Of a DNA stretch of 64,000 bases, positions 9,684 through 19,841 are shown one piece after another; within the stretch, counting starts at the first letter, position 1; every line of letters starts with the position of its first letter. The notes beneath the pieces are model-generated. The model ran no database searches. It was given only the letters and a program-made list of their open reading frames with translations, and had not been told where the DNA came from. Source of the DNA: a virus; the IMG/VR virus record IMGVR_UViG_3300025828_004167, positions 8,805-72,804 of that record. One strand, 5' to 3'. The position numbers were made by a program, and so were the translations under genes.

Positions 9684-10691
9684 TTACCATTCGGTGGCAT
9701 GGATCAAATTCCATTTTGCCGATGAACATTTTTCAAAACATTCTTTAGGACCTTCTCCTATTAATAAATCTGTCTGTAATTTTTTCCATTTTTCATCCTC
9801 AAGAACATCAGGCAATTTCCTATCAAAATCTATGTAATCAAAAAGTTTTTTGTTGTGAGAATATCGTAAACCTGTCCAGCAACAGGGAAAGAACTTACCT
9901 TCAGCGTTTATATAAAGGCCCTTGTTTCCAATCAAGCATAACGGAACCACACTTCTCTTAGAAACGTCCATCTCATGAAATCTTTTCGTGAAGATATCAA
10001 GAGTAGAATCTTTCCACTTGCGTGTTGACAAAGATGTAAATTGCCTGGTAAACCTTCCCTGTGCCACATATTCGTCACTGGGTTGTAATGGATCATTGGT
10101 GGGATATCCACTGTAATTTTTTCCAAACTTTGTGCTTAGGGTAAGTTGGAATCTGTCAAAACGCAAAGCCAGTGCCATTTGCTTCATGTATTCTATTTTT
10201 TGCTCATTGAATTTAAAAGCAATAGCGGCCCATGTCTTGTATGGTCTGCTCAATTGTTTTATACCATTGACAATAGATTCCCAATTGCAATTGATTCTAT
10301 AGATTTCATTTGATTCTTGATCCCAACCATCTAAACTAAAATGCACATTATCGTTTTCATCTAGCAATGAATTTAATTTCATCCACCAATCTCGGGTTTT
10401 GAAACTGCCGTTCGTGACAATAACAAATTGTATCTTTGGATTTTCATTTTTCAACCATTCAATGATCGAAAGCAAATCCTTGGCGTATATCGGATCGCCG
10501 TCGTCTCCACAGAAAGTGATCTTTTTCACATCTTTTGCGAATATAAAATTTTCCTTGAACCATTCCAAGGACAGCTCTTTGTTAACAAACCCAGGCAATT
10601 CTTGTCTGGTGCATCTAGGACATTTCAGTGGACATTTACCACTTATTTCAATGTGCCAATGTTCCAGCGGCCAATTATTGTGATTTTCCAT
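9684..10691 (-). CDS. Radical SAM enzyme with C-terminal SPASM/twitch domain
   Basis: CPLKCPRC, GDDGDP, TNG; C-terminal C..PCCW..CFEKC; ATG 10691 follows GAGGA. Confidence 0.9.
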   Translation of the reverse strand: MENHNNWPLEHWHIEISGKCPLKCPRCTRQELPGFVNKELSLEWFKENFIFAKDVKKITFCGDDGDPIYAKDLLSIIEWLKNENPKIQFVIVTNGSFKTRDWWMKLNSLLDENDNVHFSLDGWDQESNEIYRINCNWESIVNGIKQLSRPYKTWAAIAFKFNEQKIEYMKQMALALRFDRFQLTLSTKFGKNYSGYPTNDPLQPSDEYVAQGRFTRQFTSLSTRKWKDSTLDIFTKRFHEMDVSKRSVVPLCLIGNKGLYINAEGKFFPCCWTGLRYSHNKKLFDYIDFDRKLPDVLEDEKWKKLQTDLLIGEGPKECFEKCSSAKWNLIHATEW

Positions 10692-11184
10692 CTTGTTCCT
10701 CCACAATTTTGCCAAAGTATTCCTTCATCTCGTACAATAGATCCATGTTGTATGATCCCATGTTGCTACTGACCTTTGCTCCATGGGTATGGTAATCTAG
10801 CAAGAAGTCTATAACGGGTGACTGCATATTATATTCTATGTAACCATTATGTCCAAGGTACAAATTGGATTCCCATTTGAAGTCATTCTTATCTTGCCAA
10901 CTAGGGATCTCAGGTACTTGGGTAGTTTCCCACAACATGTTTTTTATGTCAATGTCGTTAAAGTATATCTTTTTGACTTCTACAAATTTTTCACTTTCTT
11001 TCTTCATATCTTTGCCATAGTGCATGATACAGAATTTGAATGTCCCCTTGCCTACACAAAATTCAAAGTCCTCCGACACATTGTCTCCCACAAAATCATG
11101 CGCTACCTTGCCATTAACCAACACTTTGCATTTTGGATTTCCAAATGCTTCATAGTCTATCCTACATTTAATTCTTTCTTCCAT
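10675..11184 (-). CDS. Hypothetical protein
   Basis: 169-aa ORF overlapping both neighbours in the operon. Confidence 0.7.
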   Translation of the reverse strand: MEERIKCRIDYEAFGNPKCKVLVNGKVAHDFVGDNVSEDFEFCVGKGTFKFCIMHYGKDMKKESEKFVEVKKIYFNDIDIKNMLWETTQVPEIPSWQDKNDFKWESNLYLGHNGYIEYNMQSPVIDFLLDYHTHGAKVSSNMGSYNMDLLYEMKEYFGKIVEEQDGKSQ

Positions 11185-11911
11185 CTTTTCCTTTGAAGTA
11201 ATCTTTCAGTTTATTGTATTCATCATCCGGACAGAGGATGTCACTCTTGAACATCACGTCTTTGACCCAGTGGTAGTGTGCTATAGGAGGTGGATGTGAC
11301 TCGCCGGGTATGTAGTACTCCTTGTAGTGATCCTCCGCAAATTCCCAGAGTCCTGCCTTGTCCTTGTAGAATAAAAATTTTGTCCAATCGATTTGATTAT
11401 ATAAAGCTCGTTCACTCTCACTGTAGAAACTGTCACGTAGAACATCCTTGTTGAATATCATCATCGTATAAGGTATTTGCTTTTTATCTAGTACCAGTTG
11501 TGTCCTTTGTATATGTTCAAGTGTCCTGTAATACTGATGCTCTTCATCCCAGAAATGTCTACGATAGTATTCATGCTTGTCTTTTTCCGGGTGTCCCCCG
11601 TACCAGGTGCTCCACTGAAAGTCCTCGTCCCACACATAGTAAGTCACACGTCCTTTGACCTCATCTGCCCCTTTGTCTTTTGTGATCACTTCGTACCTAT
11701 CTGTGCCCGACCACATGATGTATATGTGATCTACCTGAGTGTGTTTCATCGCACTGTTGATCGCCGCACGTGATATCGTCTCATTGCCGCTACCTGACCT
11801 GCCCTTGTTCAGCATCGTGATACCACCATTGAACCAAGGCACGAATTTGGGCCAGCATGGCCACGCGTACCTGGTGAAACTGCAACCGTGTGCTATGGTC
11901 TTGTTATGCAT
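11168..11911 (-). CDS. SGNH/GDSL-like protein
   Basis: HGCSFT, GSGN, C-terminal SHP..AH; same pattern as 1647..2468. Confidence 0.6.
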   Translation of the reverse strand: MHNKTIAHGCSFTRYAWPCWPKFVPWFNGGITMLNKGRSGSGNETISRAAINSAMKHTQVDHIYIMWSGTDRYEVITKDKGADEVKGRVTYYVWDEDFQWSTWYGGHPEKDKHEYYRRHFWDEEHQYYRTLEHIQRTQLVLDKKQIPYTMMIFNKDVLRDSFYSESERALYNQIDWTKFLFYKDKAGLWEFAEDHYKEYYIPGESHPPPIAHYHWVKDVMFKSDILCPDDEYNKLKDYFKGKDGRKN

Positions 11912-13274
11912 TCCTACACTCCTCCCAGAACTCCTCCATCTCAGGGAAGGTGTTAAGGAACCTTGTTAGCCGCCTGCGATCGTGTTCGTTGAAGAAAGCG
12001 TAAAAATTCTTTTTATGCTGTACGCTCGCGTCAGCGTTCTCGCGCCAGTAGGCGAGGTTGCGTCGCATCTTTTGTATCTCGAAGTCCTTGAAAATGTGTA
12101 GCCCGTTTTCTTCGCCAGAATTCAGTTCCATGTACTTGATGTTGTCCTCGTGTATGCTCTGGTACGACTCTGGCAGTAGTGTGATCTGTTGCCATGCGGG
12201 TTGGCGTAGTAATGGCACGTCGAACCAAACACGTTGGTATGTCTTGCTATATTTTTTACGCAGATCCAATATCTTCTCCAGCAGTTTATCCATGCTGGTG
12301 ATACTCAGGTTGTTGTAGGTGCATATAAACGTTATCGAGTTACGGACAGGAATGCGATCCAGAAACTCCTCCACGTTGTCCATCATGTAGTTGAAATCTA
12401 ATCCATTCCTTATGTATTCGGCTCGTTTGCCAAACGCATCCACAGAAACAAACTGCATCATGTGTTCCACTTTCTCCTCCATGCAGATGTTCTGCACCAT
12501 GTTGAAGTACTTCTTTTTCAGTTTCTCGTCGGCCGGACACATGTTGGATGTGACATTTAGATGTAGGTCCTGTTTGGGGTGGTCCATTATGTACTGTAGC
12601 ACCCGGTAGGTGTTGTGATCCATCATGGGCTCGCCCCCGGTCATGCGGAAGTGTTTTAGGTTCTTGTACAGTTCTGGCCACCACTTCCAGAAAGCATCAA
12701 CATATGGGTTGGATTCCCTGTTGGGTATTGGACTCCTACGCCCTTGGAAGTGCTCGGGCGCGTTGTGTGGAGGGGTAGTCGGGTACTCCCCATAGCGTTC
12801 CGTCTCCTTGCCCCAGGTGGTGGAGAACTGTGGCGAACAGTAACTACACTTGAAATTACAAGCGTGGTTGAAGTTGACCTCCACGTACCTGGGTGTCCAT
12901 GTCTCAGACAATGGATTCTTAACAATTTCTTCGAAGTCCTGCATGGCCCATGGCTCACCGCTACGATAATGCCTGTCACTCATCTCATTAGCGTCCTCCA
13001 GTTTCCAGCAATAACTACAACCTTTGGGTCTTTCGCCCTTCAACATCTGTTCCCTTTGCTCCAACTTCTCTGAGGTGTTGTGCAGTGCGGCTGGATTGCT
13101 CTGTAGTTTCGTAGCATCTATCTCGTGCAGTGGCGGGTGGTAGCAGGAATTGGTCAGTCCCGTTGGCAGGTGCAGTGACGTCTGGTTCCATTTGGCCAGG
13201 CACATGGTGGGAGAAACTTGTTTAAGTTTTTCCTTGGCCCGCAGTGCGTCTGATTTGTAATCACTAGTACTCAC
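11904..13274 (-). CDS. Radical SAM enzyme, N-terminal C-x-A-K-W / C-Y-H subtype
   Basis: CNFKCSYC, TGGEP; N-terminal CLAKW..SCYHP..CSYCW; paralog of 6188..7543. Confidence 0.92.
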   Translation of the reverse strand: MSTSDYKSDALRAKEKLKQVSPTMCLAKWNQTSLHLPTGLTNSCYHPPLHEIDATKLQSNPAALHNTSEKLEQREQMLKGERPKGCSYCWKLEDANEMSDRHYRSGEPWAMQDFEEIVKNPLSETWTPRYVEVNFNHACNFKCSYCSPQFSTTWGKETERYGEYPTTPPHNAPEHFQGRRSPIPNRESNPYVDAFWKWWPELYKNLKHFRMTGGEPMMDHNTYRVLQYIMDHPKQDLHLNVTSNMCPADEKLKKKYFNMVQNICMEEKVEHMMQFVSVDAFGKRAEYIRNGLDFNYMMDNVEEFLDRIPVRNSITFICTYNNLSITSMDKLLEKILDLRKKYSKTYQRVWFDVPLLRQPAWQQITLLPESYQSIHEDNIKYMELNSGEENGLHIFKDFEIQKMRRNLAYWRENADASVQHKKNFYAFFNEHDRRRLTRFLNTFPEMEEFWEECRNA

Positions 13275-14166
13275 GATCTTGCACTCCTTTGTTGACGTGC
13301 GGTGGCATGCAGTATTTGAAAAAACGACTCTGCTCTGCGTCTAGCTCTGCTACCGGAATATCCAACCGGGTCCTTATACTCTCTCCGTACAATTTTAATT
13401 CTTCATCCAAGTTTGTCATGTGGTCCTGCAGGTTTTGGTCATAGATGTCCTTCATCATGTCGAGATCAGATATCTGATACAGGCTGTCGTCTCCAAGTGC
13501 GGTTTTGTAACAACCAATTCTTGCACCCAACATGGCATACTGACCGTTTTCGACCTCTGCACCCACCGACATCCAAGTTGTGAGAATCTTTAAATTTGCC
13601 GCCCATATCCTTTGTCTGAATTCTGATGGGGAGACCCTCTCCCCCTTCTCCAAACTCATCTTAACACCTTCCCTGTATCCGGCCACAAATGCCTGTCTTG
13701 GCGTGGAATTGATCACTGTCTGCGAATAGCAGTTGTGTAAATTCTCGTGTTTGACTGTCCAGCAGAAATCTAATTTGGCTCTTGAATCTTTTGCGTTCTC
13801 GTGTGTATGCATATTCAAACAAGTTTCCTTGTCCCATCCTACCAAACCACCATTGCCGTACACAAGACCGTTTATGCTGTTTTTTGCCCTCCATCTGTGC
13901 ACCGCTTTTTTGTCTGTCTTGGTCCAATCTAGTGTCTCCAACAGGAACTTCTCGTCAATAATGTTGTCACCGTCAATGCTTATGAAGAAGTCGGTCTCCG
14001 CCACGTCGGCCGCGGCCTTGTGTGCGTTGTCGAAGCCGACCACACCGTCCACACGCTTGGCCCAGGGCACCTTGTTCTTGAGGTCCACCCAGTTCTGTTC
14101 CTTGTTGGGTTCCTTGAACGAGATGTACACGAAGTCCAGATCGCTTACTCGTACTCTATCAACCAT
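13264..14166 (-). CDS. Glycosyltransferase-like protein (GT-A fold)
   Basis: FISIDGDN DxD motif after a beta strand; AHKAAA; YGNGG. Confidence 0.65.
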   Translation of the reverse strand: MVDRVRVSDLDFVYISFKEPNKEQNWVDLKNKVPWAKRVDGVVGFDNAHKAAADVAETDFFISIDGDNIIDEKFLLETLDWTKTDKKAVHRWRAKNSINGLVYGNGGLVGWDKETCLNMHTHENAKDSRAKLDFCWTVKHENLHNCYSQTVINSTPRQAFVAGYREGVKMSLEKGERVSPSEFRQRIWAANLKILTTWMSVGAEVENGQYAMLGARIGCYKTALGDDSLYQISDLDMMKDIYDQNLQDHMTNLDEELKLYGESIRTRLDIPVAELDAEQSRFFKYCMPPHVNKGVQDREY

Positions 14167-14459
14167 GTCTCTCCTCCATTCACTATTCCATTGGGCCAGT
14201 GTATATCGCCCTGTTCAAAACTGTAGCCTTTCCTTGCTTTCTGCAAAACGCTGTAACGTGTTTTGGGTTTGGGTTTGGGTTTGAGAACAAACTCCGTACC
14301 AAGTTCCCCAGTTTTGATTGTGTAATTTTCCTCACCGTGTTGCATTATCTCCAGTTTCTTTTTGAGAGGCACATCGTATTGTTTGCCCTGTATGATCACG
14401 AAATGTTTCTTCTCCGGTGGTTGCGGTAATCCCTGTAATGCTTCAAGAAACTCTGACAT
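14145..14459 (-). CDS. Hypothetical protein
   Basis: 104-aa ORF coupled to neighbours. Confidence 0.65.
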   Translation of the reverse strand: MSEFLEALQGLPQPPEKKHFVIIQGKQYDVPLKKKLEIMQHGEENYTIKTGELGTEFVLKPKPKPKTRYSVLQKARKGYSFEQGDIHWPNGIVNGGETWLIEYE

Positions 14460-15237
14460 TCATCCCCTTATCGAAGTAGTGCCACGCCCTAGAAACCCTT
14501 TTGTCTCCTAGGTAGAAGGCATCCTGATGTTTGTTTGGGTACAGATAATTGTTTTGATCTTTCATGTTGTCTAGCCCATTGACCGACGGCTTGTGATGTA
14601 AGAACTTAAACCATTCGTAATCGATCAGTTTTTTGTTTGTGGGATCGATCATCCTGTATGCGAGTGCGAACACCACGTCAGTGCTTGGATATTCGTCGTG
14701 ACAGTTTATCAACATGGTTTTCCTGATCTGTTGCCAGTTCTGTGTGATGTGCCGTGTATGCTCAAAGAAGTTTTGTGCCCATTTACTTTTTCTGAAGTAC
14801 ATCAAACCATTGTAGATGTTTGGCAGGTAATTCCTACGGAATAGACTCCTATAGGGTGTTTGCTTGACCACTTGATCCTTGTAGTTCCTGCAATTCACAC
14901 TGAACACTAGATCATGTTGCCATAGATGATACCACCACCAATCCGTGGTGTCCGTCCATAGTATGTCGGCCTCTAACTTGATCGTGTGGGTGAACGGGCT
15001 CATATAGAAAGCCTTATGTTCGTTGGCCCATTTGATCTCATGATCTACGCTGTCATCCTGTTTTAACACTTTCACAACGTCCACCGATGGGTGTTCGAAC
15101 CTGCTCTTTTCATCTGTGATCACACAGATCTGGTTATCTTTATTCCAACGCTTGATGCTCTCCGCGAGTTTTATGCTCAACCCAACATAATCCGTGGTAT
15201 CGTTGTTCTGCGCAAACCATAGGAAACCCCTAGACAT
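14443..15237 (-). CDS. Nucleotide-diphospho-sugar transferase-like protein
   Basis: SPFTHTIKLEAD (DxD variant), YNGLMYF, STDVVFA, FLHHK. Confidence 0.65.
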   Translation of the reverse strand: MSRGFLWFAQNNDTTDYVGLSIKLAESIKRWNKDNQICVITDEKSRFEHPSVDVVKVLKQDDSVDHEIKWANEHKAFYMSPFTHTIKLEADILWTDTTDWWWYHLWQHDLVFSVNCRNYKDQVVKQTPYRSLFRRNYLPNIYNGLMYFRKSKWAQNFFEHTRHITQNWQQIRKTMLINCHDEYPSTDVVFALAYRMIDPTNKKLIDYEWFKFLHHKPSVNGLDNMKDQNNYLYPNKHQDAFYLGDKRVSRAWHYFDKGMNVRVS

Positions 15238-15979
15238 CGGCCAACTCCTTGTTCAAAACGTGTACGTCCTGGTGTTCCGTGTAGTTGATCTGATCGTTGT
15301 ACTGCCAGGCGATGCCGGTGTCGGTGAATTTTACTACCTTGCAGTCAGACGGCAATGTGGACAACCTAATAGGCAATGTGTCATAACTTATAAATCCATT
15401 CGCCTGTTCTAATGCAATAGCGAACGCATAATCGTTACGGAAGTTTTTGCCATATACTCTGTACATCTCGTTGAAATAATGGTAATACTGTTTGACATAT
15501 TTCACAGTGTCAAAAATACGTTTGGCCTTTTTGCCCTTACGGAATATGAACACCGTGGCCCACACCATATCTATCATGCTCCAACGCCTCTGATCGAAAC
15601 TGTTTCTGTTAGTGAGATCATATGCATCCTTTGATATCAGAAAATCGTAATCAGTGTCCAGGAACTGCCTAAGATTGTCTGTGAATGGGAAATAGTCGAT
15701 GTCCATAACGAGTGTGACGTCATAGGGTGACAGTTCGTATGCCATGTGGCGATCCACGTTACGCCATTCAGATCCGTTCTTCCTATTGCCCAATTCCGGT
15801 TCGATGAATTTGTAATTGATGAAGCCTAACGGACGTAATTTTCTATACGTGTCGTAGTTTGTAACCACCGTGATTTCTAACTGTAAATTTTTCTTAATTA
15901 GGGTTACACACTGCTCCAATATCCTATGATAGGAAACATCCTCTGTGTCAAAACAAAATAATAATACACCCTTGGTCAT
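15230..15979 (-). CDS. Nucleotide-diphospho-sugar transferase-like protein
   Basis: SPYDVTLVMDID, WATVFIF, FRNDYAF, HVLNK; paralog of adjacent gene. Confidence 0.7.
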   Translation of the reverse strand: MTKGVLLFCFDTEDVSYHRILEQCVTLIKKNLQLEITVVTNYDTYRKLRPLGFINYKFIEPELGNRKNGSEWRNVDRHMAYELSPYDVTLVMDIDYFPFTDNLRQFLDTDYDFLISKDAYDLTNRNSFDQRRWSMIDMVWATVFIFRKGKKAKRIFDTVKYVKQYYHYFNEMYRVYGKNFRNDYAFAIALEQANGFISYDTLPIRLSTLPSDCKVVKFTDTGIAWQYNDQINYTEHQDVHVLNKELADV

Positions 15980-16296
15980 CAACCACCTCGTTTTCCAAAC
16001 GTCTTTGACATTTGGTGATACGTGTTGATGGCTTCTTGATTACGAGAGATCAGCAGTTCCAGAAATTCCGTTGGATCAATTATTTCTACTGGATTGTCAT
16101 TCGTGTCCAATACGAAAAATTTTTCCATGGTTTCCTTCAGTGTTCTGACCAGACAGATGGTTTCAGCATCCGCACGGAATATGTGTTCTCGGTACACCAC
16201 AACCATCCGTGAGTGTGCCTTCTCCAGGGCGTTGCGCTTGGCAACGGCTATATCATACGAGAGGTCAGATTGTTTTTTTAGTTCGCCAATGTCCAT
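15979..16296 (-). CDS. Hypothetical protein, first gene of GT cassette 1 (possibly fibre-assembly related)
   Basis: ATG 16296 lies 6 nt after a TATAAT box; stop overlaps next start; function is inferred from position only. Confidence 0.65.
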   Translation of the reverse strand: MDIGELKKQSDLSYDIAVAKRNALEKAHSRMVVVYREHIFRADAETICLVRTLKETMEKFFVLDTNDNPVEIIDPTEFLELLISRNQEAINTYHQMSKTFGKRGG

Positions 16297-16302
16297 ACCA
16301 CA

Positions 16303-16331
16303 ATTATACAATAATTATGGTGGAAATTCAA
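16303..16331 (-). promoter_or_regulatory. Sigma70-type promoter TTGAAT-17-TATAAT, probably leaderless transcript
   Basis: -35 at 16326-16331, -10 at 16303-16308, 17-nt spacer. Confidence 0.7.
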
Positions 16332-16344
16332 CCTGGTAAAATTA

Positions 16345-17301
16345 TTACGATGCTGAGTTTGAAACTTCCGTGTTGGAACTAGACTGGATATTCGCGCTCA
16401 ATCCCTCGGTGTTGTTGGGATAGAACTCGGTCAAGGTCAACGTCATCTGAGGAGCCTCGTTAGGGTTGGCTGGCACACCTGACGTGTTGGGTGAAGTGTA
16501 CGTGGTGTCATCCGCTGGGTCCTGTGCAATTTGTTGTATGGTCAATGTGACTGCTGTACCCACCGCCGCGTCCAGTTTGGCATTTATCTCTAAAGTGTTT
16601 GAATTGTAGTCAGCACCATTGTTTGAAGTTAATTTTAGTAATGTAGTGTATCCCGTTCCTAGGTCATGGAATCCATTGGCCAGACCGTCCGTGGTCAGTG
16701 ACTCACCCGATCCCGATCTAGTTGATGCTTGTGACTTGAGATCTATGTTACCAAATCCTGAAGCGAGTTCTGAGAACACGGTGTCCTTGTCACCATCCAC
16801 CGATCCCGTTATCGTGGGTGCGATCCTGATGTAGCCGCCAGCGTTGAAGAAGTGTCTCATAGCGTCCGCTGATGCCCAAGTGATCGATCTCTCAATGGTA
16901 GAAGTAGTGTTCCATGTGCCGGAGTTGGTCGATGCACCCGCCGCCTGTGAAGAAATAGCCGTTGCGTTTGGTGATCCCGCCGCTACCGAAGCCGCCAGTG
17001 TTGCTAGGTCAGCCTCCACGGCCGCCTTGATGGCTATGGTGTCTCCTGCCGATACCTGTGATCTTGTAGTCAGTGTGTCGTTGGTGTGGTTGGCGATGTT
17101 GTCCATCGAAGTGAATAAGGTGTTCCAATGTGATGCAAGGATGGTGTCTCCCGCGCCCACTGTTGGTATCGCGGCCTGTCCAAGACCATATACCCCTGAT
17201 CCTGTGCCCGCGAAATGGTTGTACCCGTATGGTGAACTTGAACTGTTCACAAACGTGTTGTATTCGTCATCTAAAATTTTTTCTCCTGCTACGTATCCCA
17301 T
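16345..17301 (-). CDS. Virion tail-associated structural protein
   Basis: 318 aa, S/T/G/A-rich, directly downstream of the fibre gene. Confidence 0.6.
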   Translation of the reverse strand: MGYVAGEKILDDEYNTFVNSSSSPYGYNHFAGTGSGVYGLGQAAIPTVGAGDTILASHWNTLFTSMDNIANHTNDTLTTRSQVSAGDTIAIKAAVEADLATLAASVAAGSPNATAISSQAAGASTNSGTWNTTSTIERSITWASADAMRHFFNAGGYIRIAPTITGSVDGDKDTVFSELASGFGNIDLKSQASTRSGSGESLTTDGLANGFHDLGTGYTTLLKLTSNNGADYNSNTLEINAKLDAAVGTAVTLTIQQIAQDPADDTTYTSPNTSGVPANPNEAPQMTLTLTEFYPNNTEGLSANIQSSSNTEVSNSAS

Positions 17302-17305
17302 AATG

Positions 17306-18946
17306 TTATTTCACTCCTATCACGCACTCTGTCAGTGCTGTTTCTTCGTTATATTTATGCTTAATCAGCCTGCCCAGGGTGTTAAAAGCGGTGCATTCGT
17401 CCAGGTTGGCTGTCCTAGCCTCCCCATTGCCTGCTGAAACTATGCGGTCTCCCGCCTGTCCTGTACCCTTGATCTTGACGAAAACACGCCCTTTCAGTGC
17501 TATCATGGGGTGTGTTTCGTTGTTGCCGGCCTGTGCGTTCATTAAAAAAGCCGGAGATTCTGATACGACACCAAACACGGCGTCGTCTAATTCTTTTGTA
17601 CACTTGGTTATCTCTGCATGTCCGCCTAAGATCACCACATCTCCCACTGCCAATTCACAATCGGCCTCATAACGCTCGGCCAAGTCAGCGTACTGCGCCG
17701 ATGTTGATACCGCATGTACCACGTTGGCCCTGATGTCCACCAGTGTTGGCGCGCCCAGTTCAGTGTCTGTGTTACCGGACTTGAATGCAGTCCAGGCACC
17801 GCCTGCGTTGCCGTAAATGGTTGTTCCGTCGTCTGCGAAGGTCTCGTCCCACACCCAGAAGAGATCCTGTTCCGTAGCACTTGAAGTTTCGCCCCTGTTG
17901 ACCTTCAGTCCTGAGTAGTTGGGCATTCCCGCCGCGCTTGATATGTTCCTGTTCAATTCTATGATGTTATCCTCCACTGTCAGCGTTGAAGTGTTGCTGG
18001 TCACAGTGTCGCCGTCTATGGTGAGGTTTCCTGTTATTCTTAAATCTCCTGACATGCTTACATTGCCGGTTGCTCCTGTCATGGTCATCACGGTCTTTGT
18101 GACCCCACCGTCATTTACCTTGAAACTGATGTCTCCGTCCTCCGTGACGTTGGCTATAGAGAAGTTGTCGCCCGACATGGTCATCTCTATGTCATTGCTG
18201 GCACCTATCCTCAATCCATTGTCGTTCTGTATCTCCAGGTGTCCCGTGGTTGAATCGTTCTGGTCAGATCTCAGGAAGTTGGCCACTGCGACGCCTCCTA
18301 ACGCATCTGAATCCGTTGCCGTGCCCCTGAACTTGGCGTTAGAAACTGTGCTTGAAAGTTGTATACCCTGAGCCACCGATGAGAATCCTGCCGCTATCAA
18401 GGCCGCCGCGTTCTCTTCTGTGGCGCTCGGTGTGAACGCAAGGTTTGATATCACGCCCACCACTGTGTCCTGTGTGACTAATTTAAGTATAGACCTGAAT
18501 ACTCCTGTGTTGTCCTGCACTACTTCTGTCACAACCTGTGTCACACCCGAACCCGCTATGGAAGTTGGACCGATCAAGGTCCACACAGATCCTGTGTAAA
18601 CATAGAGTTGATTGTTGGCCGTGTCAAACCATAGGTCACCCTGCACAGCATTCGTTGGTGAAGTTGAGGAGTTGGTAGTTGAACCCACTGGCTTCCACTT
18701 GGCCCCTGTGTAAACATTGATCTGTTTGTTGGTCTGGTCGAACCACAACTGTCCCTGTATCTTGTTCACAGGCGCTGATGTGTTGTTGAAATTCTCCAGT
18801 ACCTTTACGAAGTTTTCGTTCAGTCGTTCACCAAACCCGGCATAGCCCTTACCAAAAAGTGTTAGGTCTGTCGTGGCGGTGTCTATGGTGCCGTCTGGCA
18901 GAGTTACTAATAAAGTACCGAATGTGTTGTTAATTTTGTACGCCAT
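17306..18946 (-). CDS. Tail fibre/appendage protein with C-terminal intramolecular-chaperone (peptidase G2-like) domain
   Basis: N-terminal GKGYAGFGE..ENF..QGQLWFD anchor domain; C-terminal YADLAERY...GVVS..P...ALKGRV. Confidence 0.75.
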   Translation of the reverse strand: MAYKINNTFGTLLVTLPDGTIDTATTDLTLFGKGYAGFGERLNENFVKVLENFNNTSAPVNKIQGQLWFDQTNKQINVYTGAKWKPVGSTTNSSTSPTNAVQGDLWFDTANNQLYVYTGSVWTLIGPTSIAGSGVTQVVTEVVQDNTGVFRSILKLVTQDTVVGVISNLAFTPSATEENAAALIAAGFSSVAQGIQLSSTVSNAKFRGTATDSDALGGVAVANFLRSDQNDSTTGHLEIQNDNGLRIGASNDIEMTMSGDNFSIANVTEDGDISFKVNDGGVTKTVMTMTGATGNVSMSGDLRITGNLTIDGDTVTSNTSTLTVEDNIIELNRNISSAAGMPNYSGLKVNRGETSSATEQDLFWVWDETFADDGTTIYGNAGGAWTAFKSGNTDTELGAPTLVDIRANVVHAVSTSAQYADLAERYEADCELAVGDVVILGGHAEITKCTKELDDAVFGVVSESPAFLMNAQAGNNETHPMIALKGRVFVKIKGTGQAGDRIVSAGNGEARTANLDECTAFNTLGRLIKHKYNEETALTECVIGVK

Positions 18947-18953
18947 GTACGGG

Positions 18954-18959
18954 TATTTA
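18954..18959 (-). promoter_or_regulatory. Late-type TAAATA element
   Basis: 7 nt upstream of fibre ATG; contains the upstream stop codon. Confidence 0.55.
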
Positions 18960-19841
18960 TGCTGGAATCAAAGGCTTTGTGTACCTGCTAAACGGAGTGT
19001 AATATCCCTCTAGCCTGTTGTTGTAATTGACATCTCGCTTCATAAGATGCAGAGTGAGGCCTATCTTGTATGAGCAACCGTGCTTACGGTAGTCAGCGGG
19101 TGCGTGTAGCACACTGGCATCATGGACTATGGCACACTTTGGACGCCATGGCAATATCTTCTCTATGCTGAGACCCTCGTAGATGCTCATGGGTATGTGT
19201 GCGGGCATGATGTCTTCCAAGATCTGTTGATCGCGAGCGCTGTGTTCCAGATTCTCCACGCCATACTCCTCGTAACTCTGGTGGCGGATCACATTAGCGT
19301 AGTTGGCGAAACTGCCTATGTCCCTGCCCCTCATGAAGTGCGTGGCCCTGCCCCTGTAACGCTGATTAAATGTCACGTACTCTGACGCATCGATCTTGTC
19401 CAGTTCCACTGGTATTATTATGTCCTTGTAGGGTCGATATCCCGTGAGGTGTGTCACGGCATCTGTGTGTAATCCATAGGGTTTTACTGATTTGAAGAAC
19501 TGATCTCCCACGCTGATGGGATCCGACTGTGCGATGTCACTGTAAAAAATTACGTCATCACCAAAGTGCTCATAGATCTTAGGTCTTACTATGTCCGATA
19601 TCTTGGCTATCAACATGGGGTACGTGATGTGTAGTACGTGATCGTTGATTGTATGACCAATTGTGTCAAAATTATCACTAAAGAACGATGCCAATGTTTC
19701 GCATTCGTGATCAGTGATGAAATCGTCCACCACGTATGATTCTTCATTTTGGTCTTTGAACAAAGTCGTGTTTGGATCATGGATTACATCCATTGACTTT
19801 AATTCTTCCTGAGTGAATGGCCTATCTGTTTTGTATTTCAC
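18957..19841 (-). CDS. Putative Fe(II)/2OG oxygenase-fold protein
   Basis: LHTD...IIIPV...VLH...KIG. Confidence 0.55.
   Translation of the reverse strand: MKYKTDRPFTQEELKSMDVIHDPNTTLFKDQNEESYVVDDFITDHECETLASFFSDNFDTIGHTINDHVLHITYPMLIAKISDIVRPKIYEHFGDDVIFYSDIAQSDPISVGDQFFKSVKPYGLHTDAVTHLTGYRPYKDIIIPVELDKIDASEYVTFNQRYRGRATHFMRGRDIGSFANYANVIRHQSYEEYGVENLEHSARDQQILEDIMPAHIPMSIYEGLSIEKILPWRPKCAIVHDASVLHAPADYRKHGCSYKIGLTLHLMKRDVNYNNRLEGYYTPFSRYTKPLIPA

Noticed and set aside
2461-13274. Classical RiPP cluster
   Set aside because: No leader/core precursor, RRE domain, peptidase or exporter recognised; the 34-aa peptide remains an untested possibility
14262-14283. (TTTGGG)n short tandem repeat
   Set aside because: Encodes a KPKPKP linker; three copies only
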